A stretch of 62,419 nucleotides of DNA, the filler included, from Stramenopiles sp. TOSAG23-2 (taxonomy: Eukaryota): NCBI GenBank assembly GCA_900128395.1. It is 7 parts of 7 records of this genome, joined end to end, with 100 filler letters (N's around TTAATTAATTAA, not from the genome) between each part and the next. Parts side by side here need not be neighbours in the genome. Positions count along the whole stretch, not along the records: positions 35,631 to 47,393 come from LT649902.1; positions 47,494 to 59,245 come from LT649903.1; 5 more parts are not named here. One strand, 5' to 3'. The position numbers and the translations under genes were made by a program. Under the pieces are notes generated by a model. It had not been told where the DNA came from, made no database searches, and saw only the letters and a program-made list of their open reading frames with translations. This document shows, one piece after another, positions 46,298 through 57,712 of the stretch (position 1 is its first letter; every line of letters starts with the position of its first letter).

Positions 46298-46936
46298 TCA
46301 ATAATCTTTAAAATTTTTAGAACGAAATTTTTTTCTTGATTTCCTTTTTGCTTTCATCGTTCGTCGAAGTTGTTTACCTTTCTCTCCAATTCCTTGCCAT
46401 GCTTCACGATCTTTCGGTTCAATAGATGCACGATCTACTATTTGTTGTAGTTTTTCATATGCATCCATTAAATTACGATGTTGCGTACGATGTTTTTCAG
46501 ATGTTATTAAAAATTCATTTGATTTATTTATTCTAAATTTTTGTTGTTCTTTTAAACGTTCTTTGATATCATCTGGTAACCAACCACATGTTTTCACATT
46601 AAAACGTAAGGTTACTTTTGTTTCGACTTTATTTACATTTTGGCCACCTTTTCCTCCTGATCGAGAAAAAGTTTTTTTTATTTTATCTCGTGGTATTTTA
46701 ATGACATTAGACTCTAGTTTCTTTAATACTTTTTTCGTAGCTGCTGAATAATTACATTGTTGGCAATACTTGTTCATATTTATTTGATTATTAAAACGTA
46801 TTTTACATGGTGGAAAGAAAGAAGAATAATGTTGATGATGAAAATAATTTTTTATGAATAATGGTTTATGATTGCTTTCTATATTTTGTATTTGCTTTGT
46901 ACACCTTGCTATCTTTTGTATTTGCCGTAACCACAT
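46298..46936 (-). CDS. ICT1: Peptidyl-tRNA hydrolase ICT1/ArfB (mL62), mitochondrial
   Basis: FSRSGGKGGQNVNKVETKVTLRF, SEKHRTQHRN, basic C-terminal tail. Confidence 0.92.
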   Translation of the reverse strand: MWLRQIQKIARCTKQIQNIESNHKPLFIKNYFHHQHYSSFFPPCKIRFNNQINMNKYCQQCNYSAATKKVLKKLESNVIKIPRDKIKKTFSRSGGKGGQNVNKVETKVTLRFNVKTCGWLPDDIKERLKEQQKFRINKSNEFLITSEKHRTQHRNLMDAYEKLQQIVDRASIEPKDREAWQGIGEKGKQLRRTMKAKRKSRKKFRSKNFKDY

Positions 46937-47493
46937 CTTGATTTGCTGTGTCTGTTACTTGCCTTGTGAACAAATTTTACACTATATGTTCTTTTCTATG
47001 TTTATATACAAGACTCGTATATTCTTATATTAATAAATTAAAATAATAATGCACACATCATTATCTAAAATCATAATGTAATAAATCGTGCAATCGTGCA
47101 ATCGTGCAATCCCTAAGGCAATCCAGCAATCGTCTAAAAAATATTATTCTTCTGACGTCTATTTTTGTTCGAATTTACAAAATTCCAAACACAAGCTGGG
47201 CAAAAGCTGGAGTGTATCTCCATTTTAAAAGGAGTGTAGCGTTAGTATCCTCTCGTCGGAGAAATCGACCCTAGGGTCGATTTAAGGGATTTAATTTTTA
47301 AAAAATTGTATCTCCGTAACTACTGATTTTCACACCATTTTGACCACATAAATCGATTCTACACATAAAAAACTTTTATATACATATCTCAAANNNNNNN
47401 NNNNNNNNNNNNNNNNNNNNNNNNNNNNNNNNNNNNNTTAATTAATTAANNNNNNNNNNNNNNNNNNNNNNNNNNNNNNNNNNNNNNNNNNNN

Positions 47494-47950
47494 GTATATT
47501 ACTAGTCGTGATGTGAATGGCTACAGAGATGATATGACATTGAAAGAATACGTGAGTCAAGTCGGTAGGAGTAGTCGTGGTGGTGAATGGACACCTTTAA
47601 TAATAGCTGCATTCAAAGAACATTTCCAAATAGTTAAATATTTAATTGAACAAGGTGAAGCTGATCCTAATATTGCAAATAGGTATGGAGCGAATGCATT
47701 ACATTATGCAACACGTAGTAACAGTACAAATACTGAGTTGGTTGAATTGTTATTAACTCATATGTCTCCTGATAGTATTAATAAGAAGACGTTCGGGGGA
47801 TCCACTCCCCTGGACTATGCATATCGTAATAATCGTAGTCCAATTCGCCAAGAGATCATTGCACTTTTACGTTCAAAAGGTGGAAAAGCAAATTGTCATG
47901 ATGAAAATGGTAGAAGAGTAGGAAGAGGTAATGGTGATTTAAATCATTGA
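47494..47950 (+). CDS. Ankyrin-repeat protein (5' partial), paralogue of 1990-2853
   Basis: MTLKEYV.QVG...TPL..AA..EHFQ.VKYLIEQGEADPNIAN.YG.NALH...LLTHMS..SINKK...GSTPLDYAY shared with 1990-2853. Confidence 0.88.
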
Positions 47951-47972
47951 AAACAAAAGATAATACGTGTGA

Positions 47973-48081
47973 TAGTCCAATTCGCCAAGAGATCATTGCA
48001 CTTTTACGTTTAAAAGGTGGAAAAGCAAATTGTTATGATGAAAATGGTAGAAATGTAGGAAGAGGTAGAGGTGATTTATAA
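47973..48081 (+). repeat. Diverged extra copy of the ankyrin gene 3' end
   Basis: Repeats 47836-47941 at period 137; encodes SPIRQEIIALLRLKGGKANCYDENGRNVGRGRGDL-stop. Confidence 0.85.
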
Positions 48082-48247
48082 AAATCATTTTAAAAACTTT
48101 TAGCACAAGAGATAATATTTATATACACGCATATATAATTGCCATTTCACATCCTCTCTCCCATTGATGTACGAACACACACCACATTCGTACTGATTAT
48201 ACGTAAACCCTCACACTCTCACACACACACATGTTTTCTTCAATGAA

Positions 48248-49024
48248 TTAATAACATTTCGAAGTTTCAATATATTCATCTGTTTCCACCCAAGTGCGTT
48301 CTGAGATCTTATCTTTTTGATTGGATAAATCAACACCAGAAATGGATAAGCCATCCATTTCAGCATATATTTGACCATTTTCATCCATTAATTTTGCATA
48401 TATATAAATTTTTCTTTTCTCAATACGTGTTATCTTCCCAGTGATACAAAGCCATGTACCAATTGTAATTGGATTTTTTAATTTCACATTGACTTGAACC
48501 GTCGCTCCTCTCCATGGTTTTGAATGAGTCTTCTCGCAACCTAAAAATGCAATATGACCACATATATCATCCATGACACTTGTCATTGAACCACCATGGC
48601 ATAATCCTCGATGACTTTCACAATTATTACCAAAATGTACAGGTCCAGTTAATATTTTTTCATCTTTATTGTAAAAATAACATGGTATAAAAACTGCATT
48701 ATTATCTCTATTATGAATTAAATCCTTTCCTTTCCAACCGTTTTTCTCACGCCATAAGTGATCTTCCCATTCTTGCATGTATACCCTCTTATATTTTGTC
48801 GATGTAAATAAATATTGTAACCATGTGGGAGCATCACCTTTACAAAACTTTTTATTGTTATTATTATTATTACTTGGTCTTTTTTTATTAGTAATAGTCC
48901 CATTAGAATTACGTTTACTATAATATTTCTGAATTTGTATTCCTAGTAAAATACCGATAATTCCTGATGTTGCAATAGTATAAACTTTTTCATTTAATAA
49001 TAATAAATTTAAATTATTGCTCAT
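48248..49024 (-). CDS. HotDog-fold acyl-CoA thioesterase (PaaI/THEM4-like) with N-terminal membrane anchor
   Basis: VHFG..CESHRGLCHGGSMTSVMDD, TVQVNVKLKNP, IEKRKIYI. Confidence 0.85.
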   Translation of the reverse strand: MSNNLNLLLLNEKVYTIATSGIIGILLGIQIQKYYSKRNSNGTITNKKRPSNNNNNNKKFCKGDAPTWLQYLFTSTKYKRVYMQEWEDHLWREKNGWKGKDLIHNRDNNAVFIPCYFYNKDEKILTGPVHFGNNCESHRGLCHGGSMTSVMDDICGHIAFLGCEKTHSKPWRGATVQVNVKLKNPITIGTWLCITGKITRIEKRKIYIYAKLMDENGQIYAEMDGLSISGVDLSNQKDKISERTWVETDEYIETSKCY

Positions 49025-49441
49025 TTTTTTATATAATAATATTATAATTTGTTAATAAAATATACTGTGTATATATATTTTTTCCACTTTTTTTTCACCA
49101 AAACGTTCAATTCCCTTTTAAAATAAACGTTATATGTATGTTTCCGTCTTATTCAATAGAAAGAGATGTCTTAAAATGTATGCAGTATATAAAATATATG
49201 TGAATATATTGTTTATACCTCTCTTTCCGTTTGTTTATATATATTATTATTTTGTATTTTCAATATTCATCAATTTGTACGCTCCATCCTGGCCATCATC
49301 ACAACAACAACATAAACAATTATATATATTACATACGCAATCTTTTGTTGTTGTATTGAATAACAAGGAAAAATTGAAAAAGATATGATTCAAAAAAAAA
49401 TAAAAAAGCAAGAATATAATCATTTTTACTAAACGAAAAGA

Positions 49442-50548
49442 ATGAAATTATTAACAATATTCATCATATTATTGTCCATCATCGTATTGGTATATGCTAC
49501 TGTTGATGCTACAACTGATTATGATTATAATAATGGTGATGCTAATGTAAATGGGGCAACATTTCATTGCATTGGAAATTGCAATGAAACCAAACCTAGG
49601 GAAAAAGATATTCGTGGGGGGACGGCATTATGTGGTGGGCATATGTATCCTGGTGTAACTAAAAATGAAGATTTAAAAGTTTACGAATGGCTTTTGGAAC
49701 GTGCAAAAGGCGGTGATGTTCTTGTTTTAACTGCTGACTCTGCACCATGTGATATTTATAATAAATTTATTTATGATTTAAAACCAAAGCCAAATAGCGT
49801 TACTACTATTTGTTTCACCAGTAGAGATGGATCTTATATTAAAAAAACGGAAGATTTAATTAAAGGTGCATCTGTTGTTTTTATTACTGGTGGTGATCAA
49901 GCAAAATATTATAACTTTTGGAAAGATACTGTTATATCTAAATACTTACCATATGTACCATTAGTAGGTGGCTCTAGTGCAGGTTTAGCTGTACAAGGTG
50001 AATTTGTATTTACTGCATTGCATGATAGTATTGAAAGTGAAGAGGCTTTACATAATCCAATGAATGAAGCTATTACACTTACAAATCATTTTTTCAATTT
50101 ACCGTTTATGTTAAATATCATAACTGATACCCATTTCTATCAAAGAGATAGAATGGGGAGATTAATAACGTTCTTAGCTAGGATTGTGAAAAATAAATGG
50201 ATACATCATCCATATTATCATAATGCAATGGGTATTGGTATTAGTGAACATACAGCTGTATTAGTTGATCATATATCTGGTAATTGTACAATAACTGGTG
50301 ATGGACCTGTATATTTCATTCGATCCAATCCATATGTAAAACGATGTAATGATGATGATTCATTAACGTATGAAGATTTATTAGTTCATAAATGGAATGG
50401 TACATTGGTATCATCTAGTAATAATGATGACGATGGTACAGTATCATTGAAAGATTGGAAATTTTCAAAAAATGGTTGGAAACAATATAATTTATCTGCT
50501 GTCTATGGAGAATTAAAATCTACACAGAAAAATGGTAGAATTTATTGA
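49442..50548 (+). CDS. Secreted cyanophycinase-like peptidase (family S51)
   Basis: Signal peptide MKLLTIFIILLSIIVLVYA; VFITGGDQ, nucleophile GGSSAG, ITDTHFYQRDRMGRL, GIGISEHTA. Confidence 0.85.
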   Translation: MKLLTIFIILLSIIVLVYATVDATTDYDYNNGDANVNGATFHCIGNCNETKPREKDIRGGTALCGGHMYPGVTKNEDLKVYEWLLERAKGGDVLVLTADSAPCDIYNKFIYDLKPKPNSVTTICFTSRDGSYIKKTEDLIKGASVVFITGGDQAKYYNFWKDTVISKYLPYVPLVGGSSAGLAVQGEFVFTALHDSIESEEALHNPMNEAITLTNHFFNLPFMLNIITDTHFYQRDRMGRLITFLARIVKNKWIHHPYYHNAMGIGISEHTAVLVDHISGNCTITGDGPVYFIRSNPYVKRCNDDDSLTYEDLLVHKWNGTLVSSSNNDDDGTVSLKDWKFSKNGWKQYNLSAVYGELKSTQKNGRIY

Positions 50549-50842
50549 GAAAGAAATATGAATATTATATAAAAGAGAATAATCTTGTCTGAAATTAATC
50601 GCGCTTTTAAATTTAAAAATTGTGTGTGTGTAATGTGTGCGTGTGGTATTGATACCTGCTGCACTGTACATGTATAAATATATATAAAAATATATTTTTA
50701 CTAATATCATATTACTTTTAATAAAAAAATACTTTTCGGTGGTATTAAACTCCCTGTGGATATACATCATTTTAATTCAGCACCATAATATATGTTTCCT
50801 TATATATATATTTTTCGGTTTTTGACGTGTTCTTTTCTCATT

Positions 50843-51255
50843 TTACAACACTACCAAACGCTCTGCATCAGTTTTTACTAATCTTGATGTACGATCAATG
50901 GCACCTTTATCTGAATTATCATAACCACCAGTTAATACTACTTGACCACCCCATAATTCAGCACCATGTCCACTTCTATTTGTCGGTGCATAATCACCAA
51001 CATTTTTTGGTATATACCATTTTTGATTGACAACATCTAAAATATGTATTTTTATTGGTGGCATAGTTGTTGTTGTTGTTGTTGTTGTTGCTTCTACTTC
51101 TTCTTCTTTTTCTTGATCTTTTCTTTCATCATCTTTTACAGTTAACGCATTTAATTTTGATTCTACAACTTTCATATCATTTACTTTATTTTGTTGTTGT
51201 GTCGTCGTCGTCGTCGTCATTGTTGTTGTTGTTACATTGGTATTATTGCAATTCG

Positions 51256-51306
<51 letters not shown>

Positions 51307-52852
51307 CATCAGTATCAACATTCATTTTCTTCTTTTTCTTTTCTTTCGTTGTATTAGTACGTCGATCACCACCTAATATAATTAATTTATTACCAATATA
51401 TGTTATACTATGACCTTTTATATCCTTTGGTGGGCCATATTTACTTCCACCAGTAGGTACAAGTTCTTTCCATTCAAATATTAATTTATCCCCAACAGCA
51501 TTTTTGTCGTTACAATACACTGTATGTATATCATGCATACCAAGACTACCAGCAAATGCCATACCACCAAAGATTAATATACCAAATGAATTTTGAGTTG
51601 CTGGTGTATTTTCAACTTTACCTTCGTAATTATTATTATTATTATTATTATTATTGTTACGAATATTATTATCATCGTTCTCTTTATTATATTTATATTT
51701 CATCAATAATTCTTGAAATTTTATACCCGATATATACATCGATGCATGTCCAAATCTACCACTACATGATTGTGGAATATTACTATTAATTTTTGGTTTC
51801 GTCCATAATACATTAATATTATCAATTGATGCTTTATATGATTTTGGTGGTGGTTGATTTTTTAATCTCATATAATCTACGAAGGTGGATTCATTGTAAG
51901 TATCTAATATCCATAAATCACCGAAATTTTTTATACCATCTGTTGAACTACCACCACCATACATCACAATACGATGTCCATCTGATCCATCAATATATGT
52001 ACATGAATGACTGCGTCTTGGTGGTGGTAAATTTCCACGAACTTCTGGTCGAACCCATCTCCATTTAATTTTTTTAGTATTATTATTATTATTATTATTG
52101 TTACCATCGTCATTTTGTTGAAATGGTAACATAATCACAATACTAATATGTTCTGAATATGGAAACGATGCATCTGCACCACCAATACGAAATAATGGAG
52201 AACATGGCATTTCCGTTATTGACGATTGCCATGGTACACATGTAAATGAAAAATATCTTAATGGATTTGGTGGTACCCCAATTGCTCTTATTTTTTTCCA
52301 TTTCGCAGTAGTACCTATTAAACTTGTTGTAATATCTAACTCAATATCGTGCATATTTAATTCATTAACCGTGAAAAAATAATGTCCACCAACACGATAT
52401 AATACATGTCGACGAGTATCAATTAAAAAACTATATGTTGAACGACTTTCTTTTTTCTCTGAAATAACTGCTTTTTCAGCTGCCTTTGCTTTAATCCATT
52501 GGATTTTATTTAAAAAATAACTACGTGTAACCATTTTTTTCCAAGAGGAAAAACCACTCGGTAAATTCATAGAATATGCACTAAAAATAACATTTGGAAC
52601 TAAACAAATTGCAAGTATACGCCATAAATTCCTATCTGCATCAATGGATGATAACGATATTAAAACATGTTTGGAAGTAATTGAAAAATTCAACGCTAAT
52701 GAGTTAAAATCTAAAAATTTACCAATATGTATAATCAATACTTCTGGTAAATAATTTAATTTTGGTTCAATAATGCCGTTATTATTATTATTATTTTCTG
52801 TTGTTGTTTTGTTGGGTATTATTAATCTTGGTGATGTTGCTATTGTCGTCAT
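50843..52852 (-). CDS. F-box-like plus Kelch-repeat protein
   Basis: LNYLPEVLIIHIGKFLD; PPPRRSHSC, MYGG..FGDLWILD, RFGHAS, IFGG, GHSI..LIILGG, RSGHGA..LTGG. Confidence 0.82.
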
Positions 52853-53944
52853 TTTTACGTGTATACCTATATATATATATACAGAGAGAGAGAGAGAGAA
52901 AATAAAAAAATATGTTTTGTTTATTATTTCAACAGATGATCAAAAGAGGGTGATATAATATTATTTTTTCTTCATACCTTCTGCGAGTGAATGGTTCACT
53001 ACACACAATTATTTCTTTTTGATTTATATATTATTTTTTTGATTTTACAACTGCAAAAACGTTATAAACACATAAACACGTCTCAGCAAAAACCCCTCCA
53101 AAACTAAAGGAACCGGGACTGGGAAAAAGCCATTTATGGGGGATAGGCAAAACAAACAAAATAATATTATACTATCAAGTATAAATAATTCCAAATGCTT
53201 TATGGGGGATAGGCAAAACAAACAAAATAATAGTATACTATCAAGTGTAAATAATTAAAATATGATAGGAACGTAAAAGTAGTAGTGTGTTGATTTAAGT
53301 ACAAAATTTACACGCAACTCGCACATATCATCCTCTAAACAAATTCAAATTCAAATTGAAACAAAACCAACCACCAACGTTATTTATTTACACCCGTATG
53401 ATCATTACCTGCTCGATATTGCCGTACTCGCTTTATATTTGGTATGTTTAATAACCAAATTTCCAAAACATCTTCTCTGATATCTGCACATATCGTATGT
53501 TTTAAGGAAACAGTCAAAAAAGGCACTCAAAAAATTCAGTACATTCTGGCATTTCTTGGTCCAAATCTACGTTTTCCAGATTGACCAATAATGAGGTGAA
53601 TAGCATTACATCATTTAGGCCGTAATAACACTACGAAGGTACATTAAAGTATAATACAAAATCAGAATCTCGCGGGCTCGCGGAACCATCCGTCAACACT
53701 ACTGACTCACTTCTTCTATACCCAATATTATTTTTTGTTTTTTTTAGTTCTCCTCTTCCTAAAAAACAAAAAAGAAGATACAAAATGGTATATGTATTTT
53801 TTAGCTGGAACCTGGAACAACCATATAAGTAAACACGAATCACAATTTCTAAATCAAAATTATTTTCATCATTCCTGAAGTATAGTTTAGTTCTTCGTCA
53901 ACGCAATACGAAATCAACATCCATTGCCTGGTTACATTATAAGT

Positions 53945-54820
53945 ATGTCAACGGATGAATCGAAAGACCATAATAGTGTTGAAATAGAAGACAATGACAG
54001 AACACTGCATAAATCTAAACCAAGGGTCGGGCAAATGTTGGCACGTTGTCACTTGACGGAGTTATCAATTGAGTCAGAGCGTTTACATACCGAGTACAGT
54101 GAAGCTAGGTATCAAGTGACATGTGCAGGGTATGATGAGCAAGAATCAAAAAATTCAAGCACCCTTCATACTTTTGGATTTATAATTTTTGGTACTCTCG
54201 CATTAGCATGCTACATCATCAATAAGTTGCTTAACTATCAGTTACACCAAACTATGCTAGTACCCCTATGTACATTCACTATAATTGCTCTTTGGTTTAT
54301 TGTTGAAAAAGCAGATGCAGATATTAAAAAAAATGAACAAACATTATCGAAAATTTTTTATGGGACAAATGCGTTTAAATTGGGTTATTTTGATATTTGG
54401 CCATTGGCACAATTAAATGAAGGAGATGTATTCCCGTACAAAATTAGTCTATCTACAAAACCTAGCGCAATAGTACACGTTGCTTTCACGTCAGACTCGA
54501 ATAAATGCGCTTTGGCAACGGAAGATATAGAATATAATACCAACAACTATCTTCAACCAGTAGATTTCAGTGTTCAAGTGCGAAACCGTGAATATGCTAC
54601 CGCAAAAGACTCGGTTGTTGGAACATGTACTATTCATCATCGTACCATAAGTACCGATGTCGATTATTCGAATCGTCCAGCGCAAACATTGCGTATTACA
54701 ATTATCAGTTTAGGCTGCGGCACCGGCGAATATCGTGGTGTATACAACCGCACCAATGGCACCGAATGCATTTGCGGTGCTCGATATTATAAACCGCCAA
54801 TAGAAGATCAAAGAGATTGA
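53945..54820 (+). pseudogene. Mosaic ORF: membrane helices joined to a truncated extracellular beta-rich/Cys-rich receptor-like segment
   Basis: Two hydrophobic helices, then YKISLSTKPSAIVHV...TIHH...DVDY and GCGTGEY...ECICGARYY ending abruptly. Confidence 0.35.
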
Positions 54821-54846
54821 ATATTGCTAGTATCACCAACACAAAA

Positions 54847-55161
54847 ATGCATGTGAAACAATATAGACGACAATTGATCCAAAAGAAGAAAAATGAATTG
54901 TTGCCAATTGTTCCTAACAAGACGGCGCCCGCCAAGAAGATTATGTTTAACGGCGGCAGTTTAAAACATTTGAAGAAGATGAAAAACATCGCTGGGAATC
55001 ATGCGGAGGTCGGTCGTATTAAACGAAACAGGGAGGAGAGCCACATTCATTTGAAACGGAAAAAAGAAGAAGTAGAATTGCAGAAACAACAAAAGAAGCA
55101 AGCCCTAGAAAGACGGATTCAGAGGAGGAAATCGAAACATGCAGTGAAGGTAAAGAAATAG
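54847..55161 (+). CDS. Basic hypothetical protein or gene fragment
   Basis: Lys/Arg-rich ORF, no recognisable motif. Confidence 0.3.
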   Translation: MHVKQYRRQLIQKKKNELLPIVPNKTAPAKKIMFNGGSLKHLKKMKNIAGNHAEVGRIKRNREESHIHLKRKKEEVELQKQQKKQALERRIQRRKSKHAVKVKK

Positions 55162-55251
55162 GATCAGAAAAGAGGAAGCTTTTTAAAAAACACATGGATT
55201 TTACTAAAGTAGCAAGCAAAAGTAGACAAAACAGCATATATTTAAATAGAT

Positions 55252-55716
55252 TTACAGAAAAATAATACCCCTTTCCAGATTCATTCTCCAGCAGAAGAAG
55301 GCTGTATCAAAATTACAATTGTTTTTATCTTTCCGCACGAATTGAATCCTCGATTTCGGAATGATCAATTGAATGTCCGGAAATAAGGGCTGGAAATACT
55401 TCCGTGTTAGCTTCGATATAGGTAATATCAAAACGAACGGCTTGTTTAATAACTTCAATCTTTTTAGAACCGCGCTCGCTATACTATAAGGAGGATTCGT
55501 TACAATGATATCCCCTTCATTTGAATCAAAGAAATCGATATTTTTGTCAATGACGTGAAAACCTAGACTTCTTAGATGCTCGCCTGAAGTGCCATCACCG
55601 TAGAATGCCTCCCAGATGACTTTATCCTTCGGGAGATATCTCTCGATGGATTTCCATGCCGAGAGAGGTGTCATGTAGTCATCTTCGGTTTGATATCCTT
55701 CGGGAGTAAAATTCAT
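55252..55716 (-). CDS. Small adenine-N6 DNA methyltransferase of phage/virophage/Polinton-like-virus type
   Basis: DDYMTP, IWEAFYGDG (SAM motif I), DFF, IIVTNPPYS (motif IV), KPFVLILP, RIQF; compact and intronless. Confidence 0.82.
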   Translation of the reverse strand: MNFTPEGYQTEDDYMTPLSAWKSIERYLPKDKVIWEAFYGDGTSGEHLRSLGFHVIDKNIDFFDSNEGDIIVTNPPYSIASAVLKRLKLLNKPFVLILPISKLTRKYFQPLFPDIQLIIPKSRIQFVRKDKNNCNFDTAFFCWRMNLERGIIFL

Positions 55717-55752
55717 GTTAAAATAGATATGGTTATCTTATATAGTTTTTTT

Positions 55753-56073
55753 TTATTCTCTCTTTCTCTTTAGCAGGTTTGAAACTCGTTCACACAGAGA
55801 CCGACCAAATTTCTCTTCCCATCTCCCTTTCGCCTCTTCCAATATCCCTTGCAATTCAGTCCATTTGTCCTCGAATTCTTTTGGAATCGCATCCATTGAC
55901 TCTCGGTAAGATTTCATCGTCTCTAGAGAATCATAGAAATCATTCACGACAATAATCTGCGCCGTTTGCTCACCCTTCTCTATCGAGAGATGCCGCATGT
56001 CTCCGCATCGTTTCTTTAGGATATCATTCGAAGGGATATCATTCTCATACAAATCGATATCCGGTTCCTGCAT
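55753..56073 (-). CDS. Hypothetical protein in virus-like island
   Basis: 106-aa ATG ORF co-oriented 36 bp upstream of the methyltransferase, same atypical composition. Confidence 0.6.
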   Translation of the reverse strand: MQEPDIDLYENDIPSNDILKKRCGDMRHLSIEKGEQTAQIIVVNDFYDSLETMKSYRESMDAIPKEFEDKWTELQGILEEAKGRWEEKFGRSLCERVSNLLKRKRE

Positions 56074-56223
56074 TAAATTACTTTCTTCAAAAGAAAATAA
56101 TCGTCCATATCTCAGATGTTGTTTTTTCCTCAGCCAGTTTAAAAAATACTTAAATGCTTATATATTTTTTATCCTTTTCTATTCAAAAATAAATCATTCT
56201 TTACCTATTTCATTTTTTTTTTA

Positions 56224-56409
56224 TTAACAAGGTTCCAGCAATGGCATCCCTTCGACTCGACGCAAAATTGTCGTACCTGTGTCTGTCTCGTCCAATATAA
56301 ATCCTTTGTATTGATTCAATACATGTTTGTATCTATTGTTATGGATTCCGTGGAACACAAATCGCATGATGATATATACAATATTTTCCGGCAAACAGGA
56401 TAGATCCAT
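56224..56409 (-). CDS. Small ORF with F-box-like start, virus-like
   Basis: MDLSCLPENIVYIIMRFV; co-oriented with the two downstream island ORFs. Confidence 0.45.
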   Translation of the reverse strand: MDLSCLPENIVYIIMRFVFHGIHNNRYKHVLNQYKGFILDETDTGTTILRRVEGMPLLEPC

Positions 56410-57712
56410 CTTCTATGTTTTCTTTTTGACAAAGAAATCTATTGCTTGTAAAACTGTATGTTTACGTATTGGGTGATATACGAATATATTTACGATATTT
56501 TTTTCAAAGGCGGATATCAATAGTTTCGAAAAACACAGATCGAATAGTTTTTTTATATCAAAGACCGAAAGGATTTCGTTTTTATCAGATGGATATCAAA
56601 TAGCAATAGATACCCCTTCCACACAAATATCTTAACAATTATCTCTTCCAATGAGAATGACACCCGAAAAAAAACTTCCGCTATCACGAGTATCAAACAG
56701 GTGTTTTTCTTGATATAAGTCCACCCGCGTCTTACTTCTATAAAAAAATAAACCAGTCCTTCGAAAATATATATTTATTTAAATATATACATACAATATT
56801 CCCAGAAAAAACAAATTCAGAGAAGAAAATCTTCCTTTGATAAGAAATCCAATGAAAAAAGGACGAAAGCAGCCACTCCAATAGAGATACCTCTTCAAAA
56901 GGATATTCAGTTGGTACTGGTGCCGTTTTGATCAGCCTCTCTCTTCTTCTAAAAAGATATTAGAAGGGACTGTATTGATCAGGAGAACAAAAAGACCAAT
57001 ATTATGTAGGGGACACCAATACAATCGATATCTTCTACTAGAATGCGATTTAAATCATATATCTATCGATGATAAGATCCTAATGAGGGGATTGTTTCCT
57101 GTGGGATAGATATCGGTTGAAGGAAAAAAGAAGATATATTATGTTTATTCAATATTCTTTTTTATAATTTTATACATATTAATTTATCGAAAGATTTATC
57201 GAGTAATCCGAAGCTACAGGTTACTTTTTAAAAAAAGAAACCGATGCTATTTCTATGGTGAAAGTTATTTTTTAAGGGATTTGTCGGAAAGAGCATATTT
57301 GTTATGCGAGATCACTTTTGCAACTGTGGCATAGGAATAGCACTAAAAAATCAGTTTTATATTAGGCATCCAAATCGACTATTGACGTCTTGATGCTATC
57401 TATATGGTAATCGATTTTGACATTCCCACAGCTGGACAGCCTGGACCGCTGGACAGCAAATGATAGATTTAAAGAAATAGTACCTGATTATGACTTTGAT
57501 ATTGTGGAATGAATGTCATATAGTATAGAGTGTGAAGTGTGTCTATTAAAAAAAAACAAGATCTTGCATGATTTAGTATGTCTGTATCATTGTATGCTAG
57601 ACTTGCAAGACTTAAAAAAATATTTTTTTTTAAAAATAAAAATAATATAATACAAAATTAATTTTAATATATACAAAAAGAACAAATAAGTCTAACAAGT
57701 CTTGCATGATTT

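Larger units (their letters stand above)
55250..57300. mobile_element. Probable endogenous viral element fragment (boundaries approximate)
   Basis: Tightly packed small ORFs including an NPPY methyltransferase; GA/TC- and GATATC-rich, no host-type AAT microsatellites; no capsid or polymerase gene seen. Confidence 0.55.

Noticed and set aside
47836-48081. Diversity-generating retroelement VR/TR pair at the ankyrin 3' end
   Set aside because: Differences include C/T changes and are not adenine-specific; no reverse transcriptase in the window
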